A DNA stretch of 64,000 nt, from assembly GCA_036630325.1 (NCBI GenBank), contig CP142734.1, positions 248,001 through 312,000 on the forward strand. The letters run 5' to 3'. Origin of the DNA: Vairimorpha necatrix. Lineage: Eukaryota. Position numbers and translations under genes: made by a program. Shown piece after piece: positions 36,179 to 50,038 of the stretch (position 1 is its first letter; the number at the start of each line of letters is the position of its first letter). The notes below the pieces were generated by a model. It did not search any database, had not been told where the DNA came from, and worked only from the letters and a program-made list of their open reading frames with translations.

Positions 36179-38603
36179 ATTATATTTATCAATATATAAA
36201 TGCCAAATTCATGTAAGTTAATTTTGTAAGTATCGAATACTGGTTTTTTGTACTTCATCTATTGAACTCAATCCGAGGATGTCTATGTATGCCATAAATA
36301 AGTAAAGTTTTCTTTTTTATGCAGAACGAGTAATAAATGATATTTTTCAACTGTTTAGAATTGTTATATGGGTTTATTTAGTATCCATATCAGATAAATA
36401 CATTTTTAGTTAGCGCGCTTATTAAGTTTTGAAAAATGTCAAAATTGATTAAATGCATATACGTAAACGAGATTTATCACTGTATTAACCAACTATGGCC
36501 ATCGTTTCTATCGAAATGATACCTCATATCAATTGGGTCGATGATAAGTTCTTTATAGATAATTTATCTATTCATACTAACATTCATTTCCGTATGAAGA
36601 TAAATGAGCTTTCAACAAACATACACTTTTTGCAAACCTCTCGCATTACACTTATATGATGTTAAAAATAAATGCTTACATGACTCATAAAACGATTATG
36701 TCCAATATAATCTGGCCTATGTAGTCCGAAATTTTTTTATAGATTGTTAAGTAATAATTGATAATACATTTGTGGCCTTTATAATTTTAACAAGAAAACT
36801 TTATTATCCATATTTATAATCTTCTCGAATACTTTTAATAAATATAAAACCTGTTCGACGATGATCATAACCTAATTATATTCGGGCGAATTTTTACAAA
36901 AAGATCATACTCTTCTTGTATCGTGTTCTATTTCATTTATAAAAAGAAAATTTCTTTTCGAAATGATAATTGATTTTAAGATACAGTTATTTTTAATATG
37001 CGTGCTTAGTTTTATGATTCGATTGTATGTTTTGTATTGTATATATAATTACGAGTCCTGTTTACATGTAAAATCACACTCAATGAAAACGTTTGATGCA
37101 ATCATACTTAGATAATAAAATAGATTCATTTCTGAAAATATTCATACCTTTTAATTTAATATACGAAGGAAGTATAAATTATGGAAAATGAGATAGTAAA
37201 TGTCCGTCTTAGATAAAAATTAAAGCTGCGACGAATTTAAAAACTACAGTTTGGTTTGTTGAATTAAATTGATATAAATTTCATGTACATTTCAGTATTT
37301 TTTTTTAACCTAGAAAAACTAAACAAACCTTTTAATAAAAAGAAAAATTAATTTTTTATTTTGTCTTTCATTGATACCACATTATGCGTCATCTTGCTTT
37401 TATAACAAGGTTTATGTCTTTTGTAAATATCAAATAGCTTTTTAAAATTTTGTTTAAAGAAGATATAGAACACTTACAAAATATTTTTTTTGTGTCCCAA
37501 ATTGCTAATTTGTTAATTGATGTATCATTTATATGATATTAACAATTATTAATTTGATCTTTCAGTTGTTGTATATTTTGAATAAGGCAGTAGTATGCAA
37601 AATACTAATTAGTGAAGCGCATATTATATATACTAAATCAAGCTATTCAAAATTAGTCAAATAATAAAAAGTATATATAGAATATTAATAATGGCCCATC
37701 TTTTTTACCCTAAAATCTTGTGTTGTGTTGCAATTTAAAAACCTTATTATAGATAAAGACCTATTCAAAGGCATTAAAAACATTATAAACATTTTATAAA
37801 ATATTTTTCCTACATGGGAAAAAAGTCTGGGTTTCTTACAACTTCGGAATCTGATTTTTATGCAACTAATTGTGAGTTTAATTTTTATATTAACTTCTTA
37901 GTTTGGTTTGGAAGTCCAGAAAGCCTGTATTATGTATAAACCATTGCTAAGAATATTCGTTTTAGGTTTTTTACAGAGACACTACTGTTCGAACACATTA
38001 TAATGATTAAAGTATATATCCTTTTAAAACAGAAGTATAGAGCTAAGTACTTTATGCATAAGCTTTTCTACAGCATTACATCATCAGTGCCCATTTTATG
38101 GTCCGAGTTGAACCTTATCCATAACTGGGCCAGAAAGTTACAGAATTGTATATATGAACATCTTTTCTTACCTCGTCTAGCTAAAAGCCAATAAGAAGAC
38201 GCATATAGTAGATACAAAACTCGAGGCTTTATAACTTGAATACACGATTTAAATCGAAATATATGAATTATAAACATTATTTTGTTTTTAATATTTTATT
38301 TAATTGAAAAAATCGCCTCGTGTTTCGATGCTTATATTTTTTCATGCAGCGTAAAGATTTTTTGGTTACGTAAAATCATTAAGGAGATGCAAACTATATA
38401 TTCAAAAATAAACGATGCTCTTAGTATATATAGAAAATTTTTTGTATAACCCCAATGCATCTGTCCAATTAGCTATAAGCATCTATAAATAAAAAATTTA
38501 TGCCATAATATAAGTAATTATTTTTTTTATTGAGCGTAAATAACGTTATCGACTGAAACAAGACACGGAAAATTTAAATCATTTCCACTTTTTCAATTAT
38601 AAA

Positions 38604-40058
38604 ATCTCTGTTCATAAAAAGCGGGGGTAAAATATAATTTTAAAATATTAATAACATCGCACTGGTTAAGAAGAAAGCTCGTCTATAATTAATTTAAATT
38701 GTGAGACATGTCTTTTATTAATCTTATTTCTCATAATAATATCATATGAATTATCACCTGCTTTACTAACAATTACTTTTCTAGCTTTTAATCTGGGCTG
38801 TTCTTTAGTCGGCCCTATTTACTTTTTAATTGTAACAATAGTATCTTTTTTAAATGTTTTCTATTTATTTGTTAGAGTTTTCCTCATTGAATTTGTTTTT
38901 TTTCTTTAATTGAATTCCTCAACTTTCGATGATTTTCTTTTTTTGCGCTTCTTCTGTGGTCATATCTATACCAGTGTGATATACTCATTACTTACCTTTG
39001 CCGCTTTAGTACCTTTATTGATAACAGGCTGTCTTTTTCTTTTTTTTATATCAAGTCTTCCAACGTTCTGTTAAATTTTTTAACCCGTCCATTTGATTGA
39101 TAAGGAACGGGGAGGCATAATGCAGTATAAATTATCTGTTCTCTGGCAAAGTCTTTGATTTTATTGCTCAGATTTAATCTAGACTGATCTAAAATTAGAA
39201 TTTGGATTATTAATTCTTTATGTAGTTCTTTCACGAAATTAAGAACATTACTATATTGTCTACCATATATTATCTTGGCAAAACCTTTTCTTGTGAAGTA
39301 ATTGATCCCAGATATTGTATATCGATTTTATACGGGTCCTATTATGTCTATGGCTACTTTTTCTCCTACTTCTTGGGCTGTTACAAAAACAAATTTTTTT
39401 TCTTTTGAGAATTATATTGTTTACATATAACTATAACACATTTGAAATCTCTTTTTTTTATTTTACTCATATTTTTTTAATTAGTACCTGTGAAACTAGT
39501 TATGTATAATCGTCTTTTCATCTCTTTGTAGACATTCTTCATAAATCTTCCTTATAAATTTTTTTTTGTTCACTTTTCTAATTTCCACGTAATTTACTTC
39601 TAAAGACCTACTCTTCTCAATCTCCTTTTCCGAATATATGTTCGTTTTCTACATAGACAATCCACGTTTATCATCTCATTTCCTTTTTTATATTTGATGC
39701 TAACTTCAAAGACGCTTAACCTATCGCATCATCTTTAAATTCGTTAGCATGCAATATCTTCCTTATTAATAATCTCTAAGACTTTGTGATCAATAATTAC
39801 ATCCACAGGTGTTCCATACACAAAATATTTGAAATGTTCAAGTCCCCATAAGATGCTAAGAAATTCTTTTATTATATGCTGTACTTATTCTTAAGCTCTT
39901 TTAATCTTCTTAAATCAAAGGATATTGGGTATTTCCGTTCTCATATGCTTGGCAAATAAGAAATCATGGGCTCATTCCCCATATTCCCCACCATTTTTTT
40001 CAAGATCTCTGTTCATAAAAATTAGAGGTAAACTATAAATATTTAAATAATAAGAACA
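38604..40058 (-). mobile_element. Degenerate Ty3/gypsy remnant with short terminal repeats and a tRNA-Ala-type PBS
   Basis: Direct repeats ATCTCTGTTCATAAAAA..GGTAAA.TATAA at ~38604 and ~40005. Integrase fragment QSNGRVKKFNRTL. PBS TGGTGGGGAATATGGGG at 39993-39977. Confidence 0.65.
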
Positions 40059-42018
40059 AACATAGGATGTGATTACTATCTATAAAAACTTTAGTACAAT
40101 AAAAAAAATTCGAATGATATATAACAGATCAGGAACAAGATCAGCAAAATCAAGTTTTTCAGCAATAATATAACTTAAGAAGAAACGTACATAAATATTT
40201 GAACCAACAATTTAGTATAATCAAAACAGGGTTCTTTAATATGACTCTATACTTTTTTATCAACGTAAAACTTTCATATACTCTGCATTATGGCAAATCA
40301 AAAAAAATAAAGAATTAAAAATAAAAATTCTTAAACGAACTAGTAGATATAAAAATAATGTAGTAGAGCCTGGTGTGTATCATTCAATTTCATATTTTTT
40401 AGTTATTAAACTGTTTCTAAAATATTTATTTTCATTTATTATGTAGAGCTTTTATTTATTTGCCCATTTAACACTTTATTTTATAAGTATTCATAAAATA
40501 TAGAGTTTCATTTATATTAATGTTGAAGAATTATACACTGATTGGTGTAACTATTTCTTGATTCTTTTATTGTAGATATTTACTAGTAATCAAAATATAA
40601 ATTATAAACACCAAAGAACATTATGAAACAAATGCAACAAAATATATTTGACTCCTATAAATGATGCACTATCATTCTATCTAACGACCAAAATTCTATT
40701 GTACATATTCTCAAACGAAAATATATGAACATATTTGACGAAAATAAAAAATATGAAACCACCAAAAGATGCATATGTAACATTATGCAATGAAAATGAC
40801 AGTTATTTTAGTCATCTGATAATAACATAATAGTAAGAGTATAAATAATTATATGCACTATAATGATTTATAATTTACCCATGCTGAAAAATCATTATAT
40901 TATTACAAATAGAAAATTTTTGATATATTTGATATGCTATAAAAAAATCAAAAAAACAAATAGTTCCTAAAACAAATATTAGTATATAGCATCAATATTA
41001 TGTATATAATAATTAACATTATCTCCTTCTGCTTACTGAAAAAACTGATAAAAAAATATAAAAAATAATTAGCCTGTAAATTAAATGTAAATCCAGATTA
41101 TCTTTTATAGATTGGTAGTTCAACGCCGGACCTTTATATAAATCAAATATAATAAAGCCCTTAAAAAAACTTTACAAACGTAAGAAACCGTCTAAAGAAG
41201 TATCATAAAACAAAAAATGTTATATATAAGATGAAGTCTCATTTTAAATTGTATAGTTGATAAATCAACAACAAATTTAAGAAAAGGGTGGTTTACAAAT
41301 CTTGTAAATTGTTTTTAGTATAGAAGACGAAACTATAACATAATATAAATAGTCTTAAAAATGTAAAGTAAAATTAGGCCTAATTTACCAAAGACTTAAA
41401 TTATCATTTACGTGATGACAAAGATAATGTAATAGTAAAATTATCATAATAGCCATAATCAAACCAGAGAAACGATCTAAGTTTTTAAGCAATAAAAAAA
41501 ATTGGATCTTGAGATCATGACTGTGTAAAATTTATACAATAGTTATTGTTTGAGGCAACACCGAAAAAAAAAAGTTAACTGTAGAATGAGTTAATCTGAT
41601 TAAAAAACATTCAACTAGACTTTTTAACTAAAGAATAAATATGTTCAAATTGTTATGGAATGAAGAATGTTGAAAGTTATTGTTTTTATAAAAATATAAA
41701 AGGATTTTACAAAAAAACCTGTCGTATCTTCTACTGACAACCCCTTTAGTTAAAATTTCTTTTAAATAGAAAAATTATTTTGCGAAGATTTCTTTTATAA
41801 ATTTTTAAGTGTTTGTTACAGTTGAATAAATTAAAGAATAAAAAATGAAAAGTATTACATTATGATGCCATAAAACTATAATATAAAACGGCTATACAGC
41901 TCATAAGGCCAAAAACTAATAAGTATAAGTTTTCTGTTAATCCCTCTTCTAATATGATTTTCTTTTTAACTAAAAAAACATTAATAACTTATATTTTCTA
42001 AACCTAATATTATTTTTA

Positions 42019-42627
42019 TTATACAAACTTGTATAATTTGCAGAAATTTTCATAACTCATTTCTAGAGAATCCTCAATCTTCAATATCTCTTCTTCACTT
42101 AATTTCATAATAATTTTTATCCGGGTTTCACTATCTTTTTCAATCTTTAAAACGTTTTCTTCAAAAATCCTTTTCAATAACTTTTCTTTTTCAACAGACC
42201 GTCTTACTTCTGATATATAAAAAACATGCCATTTATCCAAAGCAATTTCAAAAAGAGCATGGAGTTCATAGTATTCTTCTTTTTTTGTTTTATTACAAGA
42301 TTCTAAAGCCCCGCGGGCCACTTCAATTTTTTCCGATTCAGTATTGATGCGTTTTTTATATTCATCGTTTTCTTTGGATAACTCTTTTTCGAAGTTTTGT
42401 CTTTCGGCTTTTACAGATTCGTAGCAATTTTTTCTTTCAATTGCAAGTTTAATATCTCGTGTTTTTCTTTCATCTTTAATCTTTTTCACTCTTTCTTCAT
42501 CAGAAAGCTCAGTGTCTGGCTTCTCAATTTCCTTTTCATTAGTAACTTATCAAGTTCATTTAATACAAGGTGTTGAGCAGTTTTTGTTTTTTTGTACAAA
42601 AATACTCACCAGATATAATATTTTCAT
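42019..42627 (-). pseudogene. Frameshifted paralogue of the 44404-44940 secreted coiled-coil protein
   Basis: ATG at 42627 in TTTTATACCCAATG context (MKILYLVSIFVQK). Two frameshifts separate it from ORF 42019-42489, which shares ALESC.K..KEEY.EL.A.F..AL.KWH.FY..EV.RS.EKE.LLK with the paralogue. Confidence 0.75.
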
Positions 42628-44403
42628 TGGGTATAAAATAGTTGTTTTTTATTAATAATTTTTTAAAAGTTAAAAATCAACTTCAAGCAATCAATAAGTC
42701 ATTCAGATAGTATTTATCTAAACCAGTATTTTTATAACATCGATAGTAATTACATAAGGTACTTCATTTTTTTGTTATATATTAAAAGTTTTATTAAAAA
42801 TTCAGATTAGAATGTTTTTTATTTTATTGATTCATTTTATCGATAAACAGATACGTCATTGTTTATATCAAAAATATATAGATACCAAAATTTTTATTAG
42901 ATTATCTAGCAATACGTTCAAGTTGTGTTAATATTTCTACTAATTTTGATTAGATATATAGTTAATAAAAATCCTATTTGATTATGTTCTAATTTTTATT
43001 CTATATAGATTTTAAGTAAAAGAATAAGAAAATTTTCATATAAGAGCTATCTTCATATAACAAAGTTATTAATTTATTAATTTATAAATTAAATTCTAAG
43101 TTATAAGTTCCTTTTTTATTTATATTCTTAGAATAATATCTAAAGTACAAAACAAAAAGACTTAATTTATAGTTGCACTGATTCACTCCATATCGTTTCT
43201 TTTTATATTTATAAAATTTTATGTTTTAGCATTATTTAACCAGCAGAATTATTTATTAGCGTCTTTATATAACAAGCAAATATTGAAATTTTTATAATCT
43301 TTAAGTGTTTTCTGAGATTAACACTGTTACAATACGATGTACCATTATAATAAAAAATTCTCAGTAATATAAAATCAGTGTATAAAATAATAAAATGATG
43401 CATTTGGATCTAAAAATCTTTTCAGATGTCATTAACGAACCCCCGTGACAACCGTAGAATACATTACCTTATATTACATCTACGATGTTTTAGATTTTCA
43501 TCATTTTTTTGCGTCATTGTTTAAGCAAAAGAAGATACTTTAAAACTATCTTATGGTACTCAGTAAGGTGCATTGGTCGATTTAGTAACTATATATCGTT
43601 TAACACATTTGTTGTAAAATTTGATCGGTTCGTTCAATATTCTTAAATAAAGGAACATTTTATGAAAAATTATAATGTATTATGCGGGGAATCGTACTTC
43701 CCGCTTTTTATTGTTATATCTTTGTGGATGTTTGACTAGTTATTCCAATTTCGTTATACGTACTTTAAAATTAAATAATTCTAGAAGAAAGTACATTAAG
43801 CTATTGATTTTTCTTAAGCGCCTGTACTAATCCTCCGAGTTTTTACAATTATATATTTTGAACTAATTCTTTTATATATATTTGCTAATATGAACACTTC
43901 AAAGAAGTTGGAAGAGATGATTAAGATGCCTAGTTATACGACGTTAAAATGCCATTACAAGTCTATTTTACATCCTGTGGCCACTTAGACAAACTATGTA
44001 TTGATTTTATGCTAAATACAGACATTTTTTTTTCTTTAAGTATATTTATACCTTGCACAAAAGACAACGTGTCTTTTCTGTCGTTTTACATACAATTAAA
44101 GGAATAAAATCTAATTTCTAAAAATTTATAGGCCCAAATTTAAAAGATAAACGCACAACTTACAATATACATCTAATATTTTGAAAAATAAAAAATATTG
44201 TTTACAGTAGATACAATTTTACCTGTAAGTGTTATCTTCCCTGCACAAAACAACTTAAACAATTTTTTTTTCTATTAATATACCGAAACTTATAAAGTTT
44301 ATGGCAATTTCTAAATACTTACAAACACTTAGTTTTGAAGATTAAACATACACTAATTTTTTTTATTGTATGTATTTTCGAAAAAAAATTAAATAATCAC
44401 TTT

Positions 44404-44940
44404 TTATTCAGTCTCTTGATTTCTTATATTTCTAATACGGTTATCACTTTCTTTCATAATATTTGAAACTTTCGCTTCTAACATCTTTTTCAATAATATT
44501 TCCTTTTCTTTCGACCTTTTCACTTCTTCTCTATAAAAATAATGCCATTTATTCAAAGCAAGCGCAAAAAATGCACGAAGTTCACTATATTCTTCTTTAT
44601 TGTTTTTATCACAAGATTCCAAAGCTTTGCGTACCATTTCAAACTCTTCCCATTCAGATTTTATATTTTTTTTGTGTTCTTTGCGTTCATCAATGAGTTC
44701 TTGTTCAAAAATTTTCTTTTCATTTTCAATAAGTTCTGAGCAGGCTTTTCTTTCCAGTTCAATTTTTTCATCTTGTGTTTTTCCCTTTTCGTTAATCTTT
44801 TGCACTAGTTGGTCATCAGAAAAAGCAGTAATATTTTCACTTTGTTTGGTAGTGGGCAAATCTTCTGATGTGTTTAAAACAGATTGTTTTGTACCTATTG
44901 TTTTTTTTATAAACATACTAAGCAAATATATCAAATTCAT
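44404..44940 (-). CDS. Lineage-specific small secreted-like coiled-coil protein (178 aa)
   Basis: Intact ORF with CCC motif before the ATG, a hydrophobic N-terminus and an E/K-rich helical body. A paralogue lies 2 kb away. Confidence 0.85.
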   Translation of the reverse strand: MNLIYLLSMFIKKTIGTKQSVLNTSEDLPTTKQSENITAFSDDQLVQKINEKGKTQDEKIELERKACSELIENEKKIFEQELIDERKEHKKNIKSEWEEFEMVRKALESCDKNNKEEYSELRAFFALALNKWHYFYREEVKRSKEKEILLKKMLEAKVSNIMKESDNRIRNIRNQETE

Positions 44941-47900
44941 TGGGTATAAAATAATTATTTTTTAATATATAATGTTAAAAAATATAATATGCACAAATAA
45001 ATTGAAATTGTGTGATGGATGGTACGGTTTATTTATTCAAATTAATATTATAGGTTATCAACGATAAAAAATTAGAACGAATATGTGCATGTAAATTTGA
45101 GTTATTGGCAAAAATGATTTAATGACTCATATGATTTTAAACCACACGTCAATGTTTATATTAGAAGTATAACACTTATGCTGAAGTGAAAATTTTAATT
45201 TCTTACTTGTTTTATGTTTTTATTTTTAAGCCGTGTTATACATGTGTATTGTAACAATTATAATCATATTGCTAAATTTATTTACAATCCATTGTAATAC
45301 CATCATTTTAATGTTAATATATTCTCTGTTTAAAAATGAAATAAAAATTTGCATCAAATGACACCTCTACTCCTCTTTCATAATTCAAAATTTTCGTTTC
45401 ATAGTAATTTTGTTGCTAGAACCGTCTTATACCTCTGGCTATGTTCTAAAGTGTTATTTGAAACCAGATATCATGTTCTAAAATATTTTATCATATTGAC
45501 TTGTTTCATATAAAGCCATTGTGTTTTTATCCAGAGTAGTTATTTGTAAAATTCGTTAAACATATCGTTGTTGGTATTAATAATTAAATAGGAAAGTTTT
45601 TTCAATGGGGTTTAGTTAGAAAGATACCAACAAATAATATTATATGTCCATGTCGGTTTATAAAAATTAGAGGTCTATGATCCCCTGCTCGTGATGTAAA
45701 CGAATCGCAAAAAAGTAAGTCTTTAATATTGTAGAAATAGATTTCGTATGTGTCCGATCAAATTATGTCTATCATAAATCGTGCCGTCCTGTTTGATCCT
45801 AGTGCATTTAATAAGGACTAATTTAGAACAGTATATTGTCCTCTTTAATAATAATTATTAATTTCTCTTTAGTTCTTGCAATTCTCTCTTTGTTTTTCTC
45901 AAATTTCTTTTTCTAGAATAGCTGTCTTTTTTCTTTACGCCTTGAATCGGGCTAAGCAATATTATATAGCAATAATTAATATGTTAAAAAATTTATGTTT
46001 CACTATTATAAGCGATATTAACAGAGCATGTTAGATAAAAATTATATCAACAATTTTCTTGCCGAAGCAGAGAGTTTTTCTAAAGTTAGTTTTTGTCGTT
46101 GTAGTCTCTATACCAAACAAACTTAAGCAGGTGACATAGTAAATAATTCTACTTTTCGATTCAGTAAATTAAGTTTTACATTCGAAAGAAGTGGACTGGT
46201 CAGTCTTAGATAATTTTTACTAGATATTAAGATATATTTGTGAATTCTAGCATGTAATTAACTATTTTAAAATTGTCTTTTAAGCTTAAATGTAGTATTA
46301 TCCAAGAAATTTAGCGGCTTCGGAAAAAGTTTATACATTAACTCATTTAAAATATTTTAATTTTGTTCTGTAGTTTATATGATTAATATTTAACAATGAA
46401 TGCGCATACAAATTGTATTGTTTCATAAATAATTCAATTTATTGAATATTTTAATGATAAATAATATGGGACTCAGGGATTTAGGGGATTAAAACGTACT
46501 GAGCCCCTTTGTGATAGGCCCTTAGTACTTAAAATAGACTCTACCTCGAGAGTCGTTTTAGAAAATTAGTATTATAAAATAAAGTGATTGAATGTATTCC
46601 CTCTAATGTATAAGACATGCTCTCGATATTATAGAATAAACTGAAATTTTTATTACATCTTTATAGTAACAATAATCTAGATGAAGTAACAAAATATTAA
46701 ATTGGTTTTACAATAAGCAGACTAACTTATAGATTTCGAAGTTAAGCAATACTGTTACCATATAGAATACGACGAAATGCATTAAATTCTTATTTGAAGC
46801 GTATAAGAACAAAGGGGCTACATACTTATCACAAATAAACAATGAATTCTCGCAGTATTCTTTTATGCGACTTTTTACATGTTTATTAAATATTCGACGT
46901 GTGATCAATTTTTTTAAACAGCTCAAAAGATATTTTTTGTTTTTTAAGCAACAATTCGCTGACATAAAAGTGATCAGATATAATTATTTTCTTATGTAAT
47001 AGAGACCTTTCTACAATAAATTAGTTTAATCGCTTTGATTCTTTGTACACAGAATAGTTTTATATGTTCTGTTCTCTGATGAAAAATGTGTCCCTATTCC
47101 GCCTAATAAAAGACAAATCAGATATAGTATGGACAATATGTTTTATTTCTTCAAAACGTATAGATCTTATAATTAGTTTGATAAAAGAACTGACATTACT
47201 TTGTTGTAGAAAATAGGCAGTAGTAAAGATACTTTCTTGTTTTTTCAGCATTTTCTCTAAAATACTTACGGTATCATCTTTTATTTGTATTATTTTCAGT
47301 CTTGCTTAATTGGTGTGGTGTATCTTTTGTCCATTGAAATTTTTTAATATGAAAGTAGCTGTACTCGTATGTTTCTGTTATGCAAATCAGGCGTAGTTTA
47401 TAATAAAGAGATCCCTGAGATGACTTCTGCTCGAATAAATCGTCTATTAATGTTTTATATTGTCCAGCTGTTTGTAGCGACACTTGTATTATCAAAAAAA
47501 AATTTATCCAAAAATATCTCCCGTAGCTGTTGTTAAGGTGTATTACAATTCATCTTAATTTAGAGCGTCACAGCAAGTTTTCTCTTTATACAACCATAAA
47601 TTTTAGATTGTAATGTTTTCGGCTTACGACTAATAGAGTATGAAGTACTACAAACCTTTTAGATAAAATAGTAAAAATTTTTCTCGTCAAATATTCTGCA
47701 GAGTTTACTGTAATGCTTTTTAAAATTAAGTCTTTTTTTTGAATGCCGTAAAATTCTTAAAATTTTTAATGTTGACACCATGTTAAATGTTTTTTTCTTG
47801 ATGTGTTTATTGAGATAGTTGTTTAATAAATAAGAATTTATTTACTAGAATAATATGCTTAAAGCAATTTTTTTTCTTATTAAATATTGTCTATCATTAT

Positions 47901-48426
47901 AAAAATGCTATTATATTATATTTGTCTTTCTATTACACTTGTTTTTTGTAGTACAACTTATGGACGTTTACTTATTTTTGATTTCCTATTAACACAGTTT
48001 ATTGTTACCTCCGGTTAAATTTGTATCCAATTTTCACTAATTTTATAATCTCATTTTAAACGCGAGTTAATTTCCCCCAATTTATAATATCTTTCATATT
48101 AAACTGTCTTAGAATAAATCTGTCTCTTTAAATATGTCAAATACCCTTTTTTAGAATTACAAAAAAGGTCTCTTACTTAATCATATTAGTTCTATATATT
48201 TTTTTATGTGACTTTGACTTATAATTCTTTTTTAAATTCTACGTATACAAGTCTTTCTTTATTAATTAAATTATTTTTTAATATATTTATTTAGTATGTA
48301 AATTAAATAAAATTTCAAAATCAATATTTTTGATGTTTAGTAAATATATCAAATTTTTATTAAAAATGAGAATATAAATGTTCAATATTAAATATATAGT
48401 ATTATTATATAATATATATATTTTAA

Positions 48427-48508
48427 GGCAATGTGGCCGAGTGGTTAAGGCGTCAGTCTAGAAAACTGATAGGTTAATCCTGCACAGGTTCAAATTCTGT
48501 CGTTGTCG
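48427..48508 (+). tRNA. tRNA-Ser (anticodon AGA)
   Basis: Acceptor GGCAATG/CGTTGTC plus discriminator G, D arm TGGCCGAGTGGTTAAGGC, anticodon arm TCAGT-CTAGAAA-ACTGA, long variable arm, T loop GTTCAAAT, downstream T-run. Confidence 0.95.
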
Positions 48509-48626
48509 ACTTTTTAATTTATCAATAAATTTTTTAATAAATATTTAATCAATAATATTTAAATTAAATTAAATTTTTATAATTGCCAATTCTTAGAATA
48601 TTGTATTACAATAATATTATTTTACA

Positions 48627-48690
48627 TTTTATAATATATATATTTTACAGTTTATAATATATATATTTTACAATTTATAATATATATATT
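48627..48690. repeat. AT-rich ~24-bp tandem repeat (about 3 copies)
   Basis: TTTATAATATATATATTTTACA-like unit repeated between the tRNA and the homeobox 3' end. Confidence 0.6.
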
Positions 48691-48736
48691 TGTCTTAAAT
48701 TAAAATATTTTTAATTTAATAAATTTTTTTACTATT

Positions 48737-49699
48737 TCATTCCTCTCGTCTATCCACATAGTCTTCTCTTTTTTCTTTATTTTTCTCTTCACAATAATAA
48801 TACCCCGTATTAGGTTGCATTTTATAATAATAATCTTCTCCGTTTTCTGCTTCGTCAGTGTAATTATAAGTCGTACTAGTGTAATAATAAGGATTTGTCA
48901 TACTGCCATACATTTCTGATTTATATCTTTCATTTTGATAATAATCACTAGATTCATATTGGTTCATATCATATCCTTTATTTATACCGTACATTGATTG
49001 GTAATATGTCCCTTCATAAGGCATCTTACTGATATCATAAGAATATTCCTGGTTTATATTCTCATATTCCCCGTATATTCCACTATATTGCCTATCATAT
49101 GCACTAATATCGTATGTATCGTACTGATTATTATTATATGTATCATATGTATCATATTGATTATTAGTAGTGTATTGTTCACTGTAATAAGAAGTGGTTT
49201 CTTTATTACTTTTCTTAGATTTGGATTTCTTCTTTTTAGACTTATTGTCTCCATTTAATTTCTTGATTTTGGCTCTTCTATTCTGAAACCATATTTGTAC
49301 AGCTCTAGGTGTCATATTAAGCTGATCTCCCAGTTTCTTCCTCATTTTCGCATCTGGTCTTATACAAATTTCGAAGTTCTTTTCTAAAATTTCTAATTGT
49401 TTCTTAGTGGTTCTTTTTCTATGTTTAATCAAAAATGGATCATCTCTAAAGTTTTTATTATTATTAATAATATTATTAATATAATTTTCATTTTTATTTA
49501 TTCCATTAGTATTAGAATAGTTTTCAATATTATTGATATAATTATCAGTATTATTAGTAATATAATTATTACTAATAATATTTCTATTATTAATATTTCT
49601 ATTAGTAATATAATTATCAGTATTATAATTTTCTAAATTATAATTTCCCATGTTACTATTGGTATAGTTTTCATTTTCGTCGTAATTTTCAGAATTCAT
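48737..49699 (-). CDS. Homeobox transcription factor (Q50, non-TALE; resembles microsporidian HD-10 type)
   Basis: KHRKRTTKKQLEILE...PDAKMRKKLGDQLNMTPRAVQIWFQNRRAK, with an Asn-rich N-terminus and Tyr-rich C-terminus. Confidence 0.95.
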   Translation of the reverse strand: MNSENYDENENYTNSNMGNYNLENYNTDNYITNRNINNRNIISNNYITNNTDNYINNIENYSNTNGINKNENYINNIINNNKNFRDDPFLIKHRKRTTKKQLEILEKNFEICIRPDAKMRKKLGDQLNMTPRAVQIWFQNRRAKIKKLNGDNKSKKKKSKSKKSNKETTSYYSEQYTTNNQYDTYDTYNNNQYDTYDISAYDRQYSGIYGEYENINQEYSYDISKMPYEGTYYQSMYGINKGYDMNQYESSDYYQNERYKSEMYGSMTNPYYYTSTTYNYTDEAENGEDYYYKMQPNTGYYYCEEKNKEKREDYVDRREE

Positions 49700-49908
49700 T
49701 TATTAAAGAGGGCTAAAGATTTTTTAAATTAAAAAAAATATAGAAAAAAAAGGAGAATTAGAAGATATATATATTTTTAAATTTAAAAGTAATTTTAATT
49801 TATTGAAGATCAATTATAAAATATTTCATATTTTATAATAAATACTTTGTTTGTTCATACAAACAAATTATCTATGAATTTGTTTGTTTTTCAAAATTTT
49901 ATTTATGA

Positions 49909-50038
49909 AAATTTATGCATACCATAAATTATAAAATAAATTCTAATATTATAACATAATATTATGATATTAATTAAATTTATGCATACCATAAATTATA
50001 ATATTATAACATAATACTATGATATTAATTAATTTATG
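49909..50038. repeat. Imperfect ~60-bp tandem duplication in the divergent homeobox/RING intergenic region
   Basis: AATTTATGCATACCATAAATTATAA...TATTATAACATAATA.TATGATATTAATTA occurs twice. Confidence 0.7.

Noticed and set aside
38060-38095. Hammerhead ribozyme (minus-strand CTGATGA...GAAA)
   Set aside because: No convincing stem II or flanking stems I and III.
42546-42609. GTGAGT...AG intron rescuing the frameshifted secreted paralogue
   Set aside because: Splicing the 64 nt does not restore the downstream frame and would remove sequence that aligns with the paralogue.
48627-50038. CRISPR-like arrays
   Set aside because: These are simple AT-rich tandem repeats without unique spacers, in a eukaryotic context with no cas genes.
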